This document shows, one piece after another, positions 51,167 through 61,000 of a stretch of DNA of 64,000 nt. Each line of letters begins with the position of its first letter. Within the stretch, counting starts at the first letter, position 1. Source of the stretch: an uncultured Gemmatimonadaceae bacterium (lineage in GTDB: Bacteria > Gemmatimonadota > Gemmatimonadetes > Gemmatimonadales > Gemmatimonadaceae); NCBI GenBank assembly GCA_963829055.1, contig CAWHHI010000017.1, positions 160,001 through 224,000 on the forward strand. Reading direction: 5' to 3'. A model generated the notes under the pieces. That model saw nothing but the letters and a program-made list of their open reading frames with translations. It was not told the DNA's origin and made no database searches. A program made the translations under genes and the position numbers.

Positions 51167-53726
51167 TCAGTGCAGCGTCAGCAGCCGCCGGAACTCGGCG
51201 TCGTTCCGGAGCGACGCGAACTCCGCGTACTCGCGAATCGCCGGGACCATGAAACGACCGCCTTCGTCCAACGCCGCAGTCAGGAGCGTCAGCGCCTGAG
51301 CACGTCGGCCTAACGACGCAGCAATCCGCGCGCGGTACAGTGTGCGCGTGAACGTGTACGGCGTGCGCGACGTGGCGAGCCAGTGATCGGCGACGTCCAC
51401 GTCCGTGCTGTCGTCGCACGTTGCCGCGACCAGGCCAGCGTAGCCGCGCAGGTCCACGTTTGCGCTGTCACTCACCGCGAGATCCGCGAAGGCAGCCTGC
51501 GCGTCACCGTGACGACCGAGCTCGTAGAGAACCTGCGCGCGCTCCAACGGCAATGAGCGGTCTCCCGCCCGCCCCGCCATCGCGTCGAGAGCTCCGAGCG
51601 CCCGCGTTAGGGTTCGACGACCAGCCGCTGTGTCGCCGCGAGCGATGAGCGCGGCGGACACACGACGGAGGCCGCTCGCGACCGTGGACGAAGGCGCGAG
51701 CGGGCGCACGAGCATCGTGTCGACGAGATGCTCCGCCTGTTCTGGATGACCATCGCGCGCGAGGAGCGTCGCCTCGAGCACCCACGCGCGCGCGTAGCTC
51801 GGGGAGCGCGCTCGCGACCATCGCGCGACGTCGATGCCGTGCGATGCGTCGCCAGTCGCCGAGAGGACCTGCGCGTACACGAGCGCGAAGTTCGGCCCGA
51901 CCTCCGCCACGCCCTGCTCCAGCCGATGGCGGCCGAGGAGCTCCTTCGCCTCCATGAAGCGCCCGAGCTGCATGGCCTGAAGCGCGAGCGAGTACTCGAG
52001 AAACGCGGAACGCGGACGCAGGTCCGCGACGGCGCGGGCCTCGTCGTATGCGCGTTGCCAATCGCCGCGACACTGCGCGACCTGACCGTCGAGCACGTGG
52101 TGTTCGTATGGCGCGAGTCTCGTTACGCACGGCATCGAGCTCGGCGGCGATGGCCTCCGTGCGTTGGCATTCTCCGACCAGACGATGCAGGATGGCCGCC
52201 TCGACGCGGGCGGCGTAGAACGTCGAATCAAGCGCGGTCGCGCGGAGAAAGTGCCGTAACGCCCCGCGTCGATCGCTGCCCCAGATGCTTTGCCCCGTCA
52301 CGAACTCACGATACGCCTCGTAGCTCGGCGGCTTGGACGCGACGCGAACCCACGAGCTGAGTCGCGGGTCCACCAGCGATGCGAGACCACCTACCGTGCG
52401 CTGTCGCACCGCTTCGAGCGGCTGTGACGCGTCGCTCACGGTGCCTCCTTCGGCGTCGAAGGCGTCGAGGACTTCACCGCGCGCGACGTCGCTGATCTTG
52501 ACGTGAAATCGCAGGTGATCGCCGACGTTGTAGTACGCACCCGTGACGAGTGTGCCAGCGCCAAGATTCGCGGCGCGACGAGCATCGGCGTTCGCATCCG
52601 ACGACGCCTCTGGTGCACGAGGCGCGGGCTCCACGGCCTCGGCGCGACGTGCCGAGGCGACCGCGACGACGCCAGTGCGCTCGAGCCCCTCGGCGACCCA
52701 GTCGCTCGCCATCCCACCGACCTGATCGAGCGCGCGATCGCCGGTGCGGTTCTCGAACCACGCGACGTACACGCGCTTCGTGTCCAGCGGCTCGTCGTGT
52801 CGACGAGAGATTTCCACGCCTGCGAGGATGGCAGCCAGCGATGCGGCCGCCGCGGTCCCCCACGCGAATCTCCGCGCCCTCCGCCCGCGCGCATGGGGCG
52901 CTGCCACGTTAGGCGCCGTGATCGGCGTGGCGGTTGGCACCGTGATCGGCACGTCTGGCAGCGCCGGTGCCGGCGCGGGCACGGCTATCGTAGCCGAGCT
53001 GCGCGGCGCTTCATCGCGCGGGGCTGCAACGCGCAGCGCTTCGACGAACGCGATGAACGCCCGGTCGGGCTCTGCCTCGAGGTGCTCGCGAACGAGAGCC
53101 TCGTGAACGCGCGCCGCCTGTAGCGCACCAACGCTGTCTCCATCCGCGACAAGCGCCTGCACGAGCTCCAGCGCGACACGCGAGCTGAACGGGTCGCTCG
53201 ACGCGAGGCGGCGCCACCACTGCGCGGCCTCGTGTGCGCTCCCCTGACGCGCCGCATCACGGGCCAGCGACTCGACCGCGTCCGCATGGAGAATTCCAAG
53301 GCGCACGCGCTCGGCGTCGATAGTCTGCTGCAAGTCCGGCGAGCCGCGAAGGTGGATGCCGTCGAGATACGGGCCATCGTAGAGCGCGGCGACGGTCGAG
53401 AGCTCACCGCGACGATGCGCGGCCTCGAGCTCCCAGGCATCACACAGCACCACGTCCGCGTTCAGCCGCAGCACCGTCGTTCCCGTCACGACGCTGGCCG
53501 AGTCCGCGTCGCGGCGCAGCGCGTAGAGCGACTGACCGAGCGAGTGGCGGGCCTTTTCTTCGGGACTGTCGGGCCAGAGCAACGCGGCGGCTCGGTCCCG
53601 CGAGACGCCGCGCGGCCCCGCCGTCACGAGCAGCGCCAGCAGCGCCACGCGCTGCGATGGGATCTCGCGCGGGACGCCGTCGGACCGAACGGCGCACCAG
53701 CCGCCTAACGTCTTGAGTCGCAACAT
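51167..53726 (-). CDS. SARP/BTAD transcriptional activator with TM segment, TolB-N-like and TPR regions, frameshift near 52125
   Basis: LKTLGG, SRDRAAALLWPD, LYDGPYLDG, DPFSSR; VAWFENRTGD; C-terminal FASLRNDAEFRRL. Confidence 0.82.
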
Positions 53727-53854
53727 GATGCCCGGATGGAACGCGCGCCGATGACGCGCCGATGATCGATCGATGACCCCCGGAGGCGACCGTCGCGTGG
53801 TCCGTTCGGTCCGTCGTGGACCGCGAACCACTCACTCGACACTCTGGGGGACGC

Positions 53855-54732
53855 ATGGTGCGCCCGACGATGATCGCGCTCTGGTCAGTATTGCTCCTTG
53901 CCGTTCGCGAGGGGAACGATCCAGGGACGAACCGCGCTGGGGAGGCCTCCGGACGGCAGGCGCCTCCCCTGCCGACGGTTTCGCTGGGGACGGAACACGG
54001 GTGCGGGCTCGCCGCCGGCGGCCAGGCGTACTGCTGGGGCTCGAACCGGCTCGGCCAGCTCGGCGATGATCGCGTCACGTCCGTGGCCGCGACCGTGGCG
54101 AGCGCCGTCCCCGTGGCGACGTCGCAGTCGTTCACGACGATCAGCGCCGGCGCGAACCACACGTGCGCGATCACCGCGGTGGGCGAGGCGTACTGCTGGG
54201 GACTGAACCTCACCGGCGAGCTCGCCCAGCGCGCTGGTCGCGAACGAATGCGACGGATTTCCGTGCAGTCGGCGTCCGGTGCGAGTGGAGACGAGCGCGC
54301 GATTCGATACGGTCTCCGCGGGTTTTGGCCATACGTGCGCGCTGAGCCTGGGTCGCGCGCTCTGCTGGGGGCGAAACGATCGTGGACAACTGGGAACGGC
54401 GCACGCGGACGACAGGTGCGACGGCATTGCCTGCAACGTGACACCGAGCGCGGGTGTCTACCGCGGACGGGCTCGCGTCCATGACGTTCACGTCGATCTC
54501 CGCGGGCGGCGATCACACCTGCGGGATTGCCGGCGGCGTCGCGTACTGCTGGGGATCGAACCAGTACGGCCAGCTCGGCCTGCCGATGTCGGTGCAGCGC
54601 AGCAGTCGTCCGATCGCCGTCCCATCAGTCGAGCGGCTGATCTCGATCCAGGCGAAGGGGATTCGAACATGCGGGCGGACAACTACCGGCAGGGAGACGT
54701 GCTGGGGAGCTGTCGGTGCGACAATGCCGTAG
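53855..54732 (+). CDS. RCC1-repeat protein, multiply frameshifted
   Basis: Repeated ISAG..HTC..G.AYCWG.N..GQLG units across three frames. Confidence 0.82.
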
Positions 54733-54806
54733 CCGTTAGGCAGCGGAGTCCGGTGGCCGAGCCGGCCGCCGCTTTGCGGCGGCCGCGGCAGCACGTACAA
54801 TGCAGT

Positions 54807-55778
54807 ATGACCAAGCATCAGGTCCCGCAGGTGGATCGAACCGCCCGCGCGGCCGCGAGCACGCATCTCATCATCCCGACGGGAACGCAGGTCGTCTCAC
54901 GCGTCGAGGTGCGTGCCGCGTCCGGCGCGGTGGTGTGCCCGCTGGGCGCCGCGGGTGTCGTGGTGCGCGCCCCCGACGACGCGACGCACGCGTACCGCGT
55001 TAGGCTGCCGGACGGCACCGAGGTCTCGCTCCGGCGGCAGGAGATCTCCATCCGCAAGCACGTGCAGCAGGAAGATCTCGACGCCGTCGGCGAGGTGCTC
55101 GCCGATCACGATCTCTACGAGTTCGTCATCTACCGCTGCGTCCTCGGCTCGCACGCATACGGGCTCGCGCACGAGCAGTCCGATACCGACCGGCGTGGCA
55201 TCTACCTCCCGCCGGCAGAGCTCCACTGGTCATTGTACGGCGTGCCCGAGCAGCTCGAAGACAAGAAGACGGACGAGGTGTACTGGGAGATCCGGAAATT
55301 CGTGTCGCTGGCGCTCAAGTCCAATCCGAACATCCTCGAGTGCCTGTACACGCCGATCGTCGAGATCGCGACGCCGCTCGCGCAGGAGCTGCTCGAGATG
55401 CGCACGATGTTCCTCTCGAAGCTGATCTATCAGACGTACAACGGCTACGTGCTCAGCCAGTTCAAGCGGCTCGAGCAGGATCTGCGCACGACCGGGACGC
55501 TCAAGTGGAAGCACGCGATGCACCTCATCCGCCTGCTGATCGCGGGCGTGACGGCGTTGCGCGAAGGCTACGTGCCGGTGCGCGTCGACGCCCATCGCGA
55601 TCGACTACTGGCGATCAAGCGCGGCGAGGTCGAGTGGCCCGAGGTGGACGCATGGCGGCTCGCGCTGCACAAGGAGTTCGATCACGCGCTCGAGACCACT
55701 GCGCTCCCCGACAGGCCTGACTACGAGCGTGCGAATGCATTTCTCATCAGAGCTCGTCGCGCGATGGTCAATCCATGA
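54807..55778 (+). CDS. Pol-beta-superfamily nucleotidyltransferase (RlaP/YcgL-like) with an extra N-terminal beta domain
   Basis: GSHAYGL..SDTDRRG, SNPNILECL, WKHAMHLIRLL, LPDRPD; ATG 54807 lies within ORF 54279-55778. Confidence 0.88.
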   Translation: MTKHQVPQVDRTARAAASTHLIIPTGTQVVSRVEVRAASGAVVCPLGAAGVVVRAPDDATHAYRVRLPDGTEVSLRRQEISIRKHVQQEDLDAVGEVLADHDLYEFVIYRCVLGSHAYGLAHEQSDTDRRGIYLPPAELHWSLYGVPEQLEDKKTDEVYWEIRKFVSLALKSNPNILECLYTPIVEIATPLAQELLEMRTMFLSKLIYQTYNGYVLSQFKRLEQDLRTTGTLKWKHAMHLIRLLIAGVTALREGYVPVRVDAHRDRLLAIKRGEVEWPEVDAWRLALHKEFDHALETTALPDRPDYERANAFLIRARRAMVNP

Positions 55779-56584
55779 ACGCTCGGATGGCGGACGGCGC
55801 ACAGCGGATGGCGAACGATTCTCGGCTTCTCGCGGAGGTCGCGCAGCATCCGCATCGGCTGCTGTTCGCGACGGTGAGCGGTGCGCACCTGTACGGATTT
55901 CCGTCTCCGGATTCCGACTTCGACCTGCGCGGAACACACGTGACGCCGGTGGAGCTACTCACGGGTCTCGACCGCGTGAATGAAACCGTCAAGCTGTCGC
56001 ACGATCGCGACGGGGCGGAGATCGATCTCGTTACGCACGAGGTGCGGAAGTTCTTCTCGCTCCTGTTGCGCGACAACGGCTACGTGCTCGAGCAGTTGTA
56101 CTCGCCACTCATCGTGCACACGAGCCCTGCGCACGACGAGTTGAAGGACGTCGCACGCGGATGCATCACGCGCCGCTGCGTACGCCACTACCTCGGCTTC
56201 GCGGTCAATCAATGGGGGCTGTTCGAGAAAGAGGAGCCGAGGCGGGTGAAGCCGCTGCTGTACGTCGTGCGCGTGCTGCTGTCGGGGATACACATGATGC
56301 GCACAGGCACGGTGAACGCGAATCTCCAGGAGTGCAACGATGCGCTCGGTGTGCATCGACTGGACTGGGTCGACGAACTGATCGCGCGGAAGATGGCTGG
56401 CCCGGAGCGCGAGACGATCGGCGCGGAGGACTTCGCGTTCCACCATCGTGAGTATCTCCGGCTGCGTGAGTGGCTGGCACGTGAGGCGGAACAGAGCACG
56501 CTACCTGATCATGCGACCGCGGAGCCGGCGTTGCGGGATTTGTTACACCGTATCCGCTTCGGGGAAACCGAGCAGGCTGCGTGA
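55775..56584 (+). CDS. Second RlaP/YcgL-like nucleotidyltransferase
   Basis: SGAHLYGFPSPDSDFDLRG, NGYVLEQL, KPLLYVVRVL; ATGA overlap. Confidence 0.88.
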   Translation: MNARMADGAQRMANDSRLLAEVAQHPHRLLFATVSGAHLYGFPSPDSDFDLRGTHVTPVELLTGLDRVNETVKLSHDRDGAEIDLVTHEVRKFFSLLLRDNGYVLEQLYSPLIVHTSPAHDELKDVARGCITRRCVRHYLGFAVNQWGLFEKEEPRRVKPLLYVVRVLLSGIHMMRTGTVNANLQECNDALGVHRLDWVDELIARKMAGPERETIGAEDFAFHHREYLRLREWLAREAEQSTLPDHATAEPALRDLLHRIRFGETEQAA

Positions 56585-56593
56585 ACCGCAAAT

Positions 56594-56620
56594 GACAGGA
56601 TTGACAGGATTGACAGGATT
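56594..56620 (+). repeat. Tandem 9-mer TGACAGGAT x3
   Basis: TGACAGGATTGACAGGATTGACAGGAT; related unit forms a hairpin at 57833-57927. Confidence 0.75.
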
Positions 56621-56734
56621 CGCAGGAAGACGACCCACACTCCACGCGTCGATTCGGTGTCCGCAACGCCGTTGTACTTTTCGTTCTGCACGTGCCCTGT
56701 TCGCGATCACCGTTCACGTCGCTCGCCAACGCAG

Positions 56735-57559
56735 ATGCCCACGCTGACCGTCGCCGGCGGAGCCGGACCGATTCACGTTGTCGATCTTCACGAAGAGAGC
56801 CCGACGCCTTCGGGCGAGTTGCCGATCGTGTTCGTCCACGGCATGGTGGGCCACACCGGCTTCTGGAAAGCAGCGCTGGCGGCCTGTGCTGACCGGCGCC
56901 GCGCCATAGCGATCGACCTGCGAGGCCACGGGAATTCGAAGCCCCCGAGTGACGGCGACTACTCCGTGGAAGGGTGTGCGACGGACGTCCTCGCCGTCTT
57001 CGACGCGCTCGGCCTCGAGTCGGTGGTGCTCGTCGGTCACAGCTACGGCGCGCACGTGGTGATCGAAGCAGCCGCGCGGCAGCCATCCCGCGTTAGGCGT
57101 CTGATCCTCGTGGACCCGCCCGGCGACTTCACCACGTGGTCCGCTCAGATGCGCGAAGAGCAGATCGTTCCCTACCTCGCCTCCATGGACGGGGACAATT
57201 GGCGCGCCGTGGTCGAATCCGACTTCGACGACGCGCTCGTGGGCGGCACAAGCGCGACGGCCGCTGCGATACACGCGAGACTGGCCACGATGCCACACGA
57301 CGCGATGCGGTCGATGGCGCGCGGCATGATGAACTTCGGCGCGAAGGCGGCGCTGGAGCGCTACCTGGCCCATCCGGGCAGCTCGGTGCACGCGATCCTC
57401 GCGCCGCCTAACGCCTGGCCGTTCAGCCTCCACCTCCTCGTGCCGGCGATCACGACAACGGTCGTCCCCGACGTCGGCCACTGGATCATGCTCGACGCGC
57501 CCGAGCGATTCATACAGGCGTTGGAGGAGGCTATTCAGGTCGGAGGAAGGAGGCCGTAG
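56735..57559 (+). CDS. Alpha/beta fold hydrolase
   Basis: VFVHG, DLRGHG, GHSYG, GHWI. Confidence 0.9.
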   Translation: MPTLTVAGGAGPIHVVDLHEESPTPSGELPIVFVHGMVGHTGFWKAALAACADRRRAIAIDLRGHGNSKPPSDGDYSVEGCATDVLAVFDALGLESVVLVGHSYGAHVVIEAAARQPSRVRRLILVDPPGDFTTWSAQMREEQIVPYLASMDGDNWRAVVESDFDDALVGGTSATAAAIHARLATMPHDAMRSMARGMMNFGAKAALERYLAHPGSSVHAILAPPNAWPFSLHLLVPAITTTVVPDVGHWIMLDAPERFIQALEEAIQVGGRRP

Positions 57560-57570
57560 GAAGGAGGCGG

Positions 57571-58056
57571 TGTCATCCCGAGCGAAGCGAGGGACCTTCC
57601 GTGAAGTACTCGTGGCCGGCTGGCGTTCTGCGACTCGGAACGGCGGAACGCAGAGCGCTCTGAACGCGCAGACCTCGCAGAAAACTGCACCAGCAACGCG
57701 GGTTCTTTTCTGCGTCTTCTGGGCGGTCAGAGCGCTCTGCGTTGCGTAGTGCGGGCCAGCCTCGAGGCACTACCGGCTACGATGACCCTCGAGAAAGTCC
57801 CTCGCTGGCGCTCGGGATGACAACGAACAGCAGACAGGATTGCAGGATTGGGAGGATTCCGGGCGGGCGGATCGCGAGCGTCCCTCGAGACGTCTCTCCA
57901 ATCCTGCCAATCCTGGCAATCCTGTCTCCGTTGTTGTTTGCTTTTTCTTCTTGCCGCAGCGGCTCGGGGTGGGTCAGGGGACCTTCTGTGATGTCATGGT
58001 AGCCGGTCCGGCCGCGAGTACTTCACGAAGGTCCCTCGCTGCCGCTCGGGATGACA
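57571..58056. repeat. Composite nested palindromic element between convergent genes
   Basis: ~50-bp inverted arms 57571-57619 / 58007-58056 enclosing two short-repeat hairpins and an extra family A right arm. Confidence 0.8.
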
Positions 58057-58065
58057 GCCTCCTTC

Positions 58066-61000
58066 CTATGGCCTCCGTCCTCCTTCCTCCGGTGGCGCCA
58101 TATACACGAGCGACGGATCAAACGCCCACAACGCCACGCCCACCGTCGGCAGCATCGACTCGAACGTCATGTCGACCGCGCGATTCTTTCCCATCCCGCT
58201 GTGACTCTCGCGCAGATCCGTCACGAGATCACTCAACGAGTGGCCGCGCGCGAACGACTCGGCGATCATTCGCGTGATGCGCGCATGCTGGTCCGGCTCA
58301 CCGAGACCCACGCCTACCACCGCCACCGCCGTTCCCTGACGGAACAGATCGGCCGCGAAGCCGTTGCGCAGCAGCATCTGCAGCATCGCCTGCGTACGGC
58401 CGTGGCCGCGCGACGGGTCGAGCACCACGATCGGGCGATCCGGCCAGCGCGTCTGGCCCAGCGCCCGTGTCACGCCGCTTGGCGTCAGTGCGTCGCCGCG
58501 CACAGACGCGTTGTCACTCGAACCGGCAGCGCGCGCGTCCAGCACGATTCCGCCGAGCGACGCCGACTCGCGCAGCGGGGCGCGCACGTGAATGACCTCG
58601 GGGTGAAAGCTCCCGCACAGCTCGCGCAGCTCCGCCACCGCTACGCCCTCGCGCACCATCGTGTCGAACCCTGCCTCCTCGTAGGCGCGCGCGACGCGGT
58701 CCGCGGCTGCTTCATCCTCGCCGCCAATCGAGCGCGCGAGCTCCGGCGCCGGCGCGATCACGAGCGCGCGAAGCCGCTGGTCGCCGCGGTGCAACCGCCG
58801 CAGCCGATCGAACAGGAGGGCCGACGTCGGACCATCCGCGATCCCGCTTGGCGTTAGGCCCACGGACTTCTGGAATGCGGACACCGCCCCGCGGGTCTGC
58901 GGCCCCTCGATCCCGTCGGCAAAGATGCGCGTGCCGCCGATCGTCGAGAGCGCCCGCTGCACCCACGTCACGTGCGTACGGCGCGCGTCGGTCACGCGGA
59001 CGCTCCGATAGAGCGTGCCGACACGCGGATCCAACGCCAGGAACCCGGGCTCCTCACCACGATCCGGAAAGCATTCCAAAGGCAGCGTATCGAGCAGCGG
59101 CGAGTCGACCTCGAGGCGCACGTCCACCGGTGGCGCTGACGTATTGCCGCCCAGCGTCGTCTCCCATAACTCGCGCGTGCCCAGCAACGTGCCGAGGTCG
59201 CGGATCGCTCCGAACCACTCATCGGCGAGCAAGCGCGACACCTGGTACGGCACCGCCTGCGACCTCGCCGCTTCGAGATCGCTGCGCAGGTGATCGAGCG
59301 CCGGGTTGTGCGCGGTGCTCGTATCGAATGCGACCGTGCCGTGTTCGTCGTCGCCAGCCGGAACCTCGCAGCGCACGTTCGTGCCGTCCGCCATGAGCCG
59401 TACCGAGATCGGCGGCCGTTCGTCGCGAACGGTCAGCTCGACCGTCGACGGGCCACGCTGTTCACGCAGACGTTCGGCGGCATGCTGCTGACCTAACGCG
59501 TCGTACCGGGAGATCGCCTCGGCGAGGAAGTGCTGGCGATCGTCAGCGGTGGCGGCGAACTGCGCGCGAAGATCATCGCACTGCGCCGACCAGAAGCTCG
59601 GCAGCTCGCCACGCGGAGACAGAAGGGGCGCCGCCGCCTCGGCCATCATGCGGGATTCCTCGCGCTTCCCTTCGCGAGCCAGATGTGCTGCCTCGCGAGA
59701 CGCGACGATTCCGGCGAGCGTGCGGTACTCGCCGGGATTCGCGATGAGCGCACTCACCGCCGCGCGTGATTGTCGCTGCGTCTCCGGCACGCCCATCTCA
59801 CACTCGAGCGAGTGCGCCAACGCGACAAGGGGTGCCGACGCACTCATCAGCGCGGCCGCCGACACGCTCGCCAGCCACTGCAGCGCGTCCGCTTCGAGGC
59901 CGAGCGCGAACGCGACGCGCGCCCGATCGAGCCGGGACCACGGTGACAGCGACCTGGCTGGCCCCAATACGGCATCGAACGTCACGCCGATGCGTTCCGC
60001 GACACTGCGGCCGACCTCGCCGATAGACGAGAGCGGAGCGAAGTCCGGAATCGCGCGCGAGATGCACAGCCGCGCCGCACCCGGCGGGGAGATACGCTCG
60101 ACCGCGTTCGTCAGCAGCGTCGCGTAGCCCGCGGCATCCCTGGCCGCGGTGCCAGCCGAAGCAGCGTTAGGCTCGCTGCCGCTTCGGTCTTCCGATAGCG
60201 CCGCGATCGCGACGCCCACGTCGACGCGGGGAGTCCGCGCGGCGCCGGGCGGACAGGACGTTCGCAGCCGGTTCGCGGCATCGACCGGTCGGCCGCGGGC
60301 GTCGTCGAGCCGCACCGCGGCCACTCGCAGCGCCGTCCAGGCATCGCCGCGCGGAGGAAGCGTTATGCGCTCAGCCTCGTTCAGGTGCTGTTCGGCCATC
60401 TTGAGATCGCCAACGCGATAGATCAACAGCAACACTTTGCGGTGAAGGTCGGCCGCGCTCTGCTCGACGCGCTTGATGCGTTGCGCCCAGATCTGCCGCG
60501 ACGTTTCCAGCTCGTCGAGCGCTGCGCCGTGGCGTCCCATCGTCGCCAGCACGGCTCCCCGCGCGCTCCGCGCCGTGCCCTCGGCCACGATCGCCAGCAT
60601 CTCGAATCCGGGGCGCGCCAGCTGCAGTGTGCCCAGCTGAGTCGCCGTCGCGAGCGCCGCGTCCACCATTCCGAGCGCCTCGGCCACTTCCCCGCGCGCC
60701 AGCATCGCGCGCGCTTCCAGCACCTCGATCTCGGCACGTGCGCCGAGCCATCCAGCGCGTTCCTCGGCGGGCGCAGTGGCGGGTAGCGCTGCCAGCGCCG
60801 CCTGACATTCGCCGCGCGCATTCCTCACGGCGCCAAGTGCCTGACGCGGCTCGTCGCTGCCGAGCCAGGCTTCCGCGAGCCGCGCCGTCGCGTAACAGCG
60901 TTCCATGGAGCCGCGCGGCATGCGCCCACGCACGAGCAGCAGCTGTTCGGCAGCCAGGTCGTACCGGTCGTGCAGCATGCAATGCGCGGCCAGTAACTGC

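Noticed and set aside
53855..55778. RCC1-nucleotidyltransferase fusion suggested by ORF 54279-55778
   Set aside because: The RCC1 repeats continue in another frame to a stop at 54732; the apparent fusion arises from frameshifts plus an open intergenic frame.
58066..59420. Active caspase-like protease effector
   Set aside because: The expected His-Gly and Ala-Cys catalytic positions read RAPL and DPS, so I call it degenerate.
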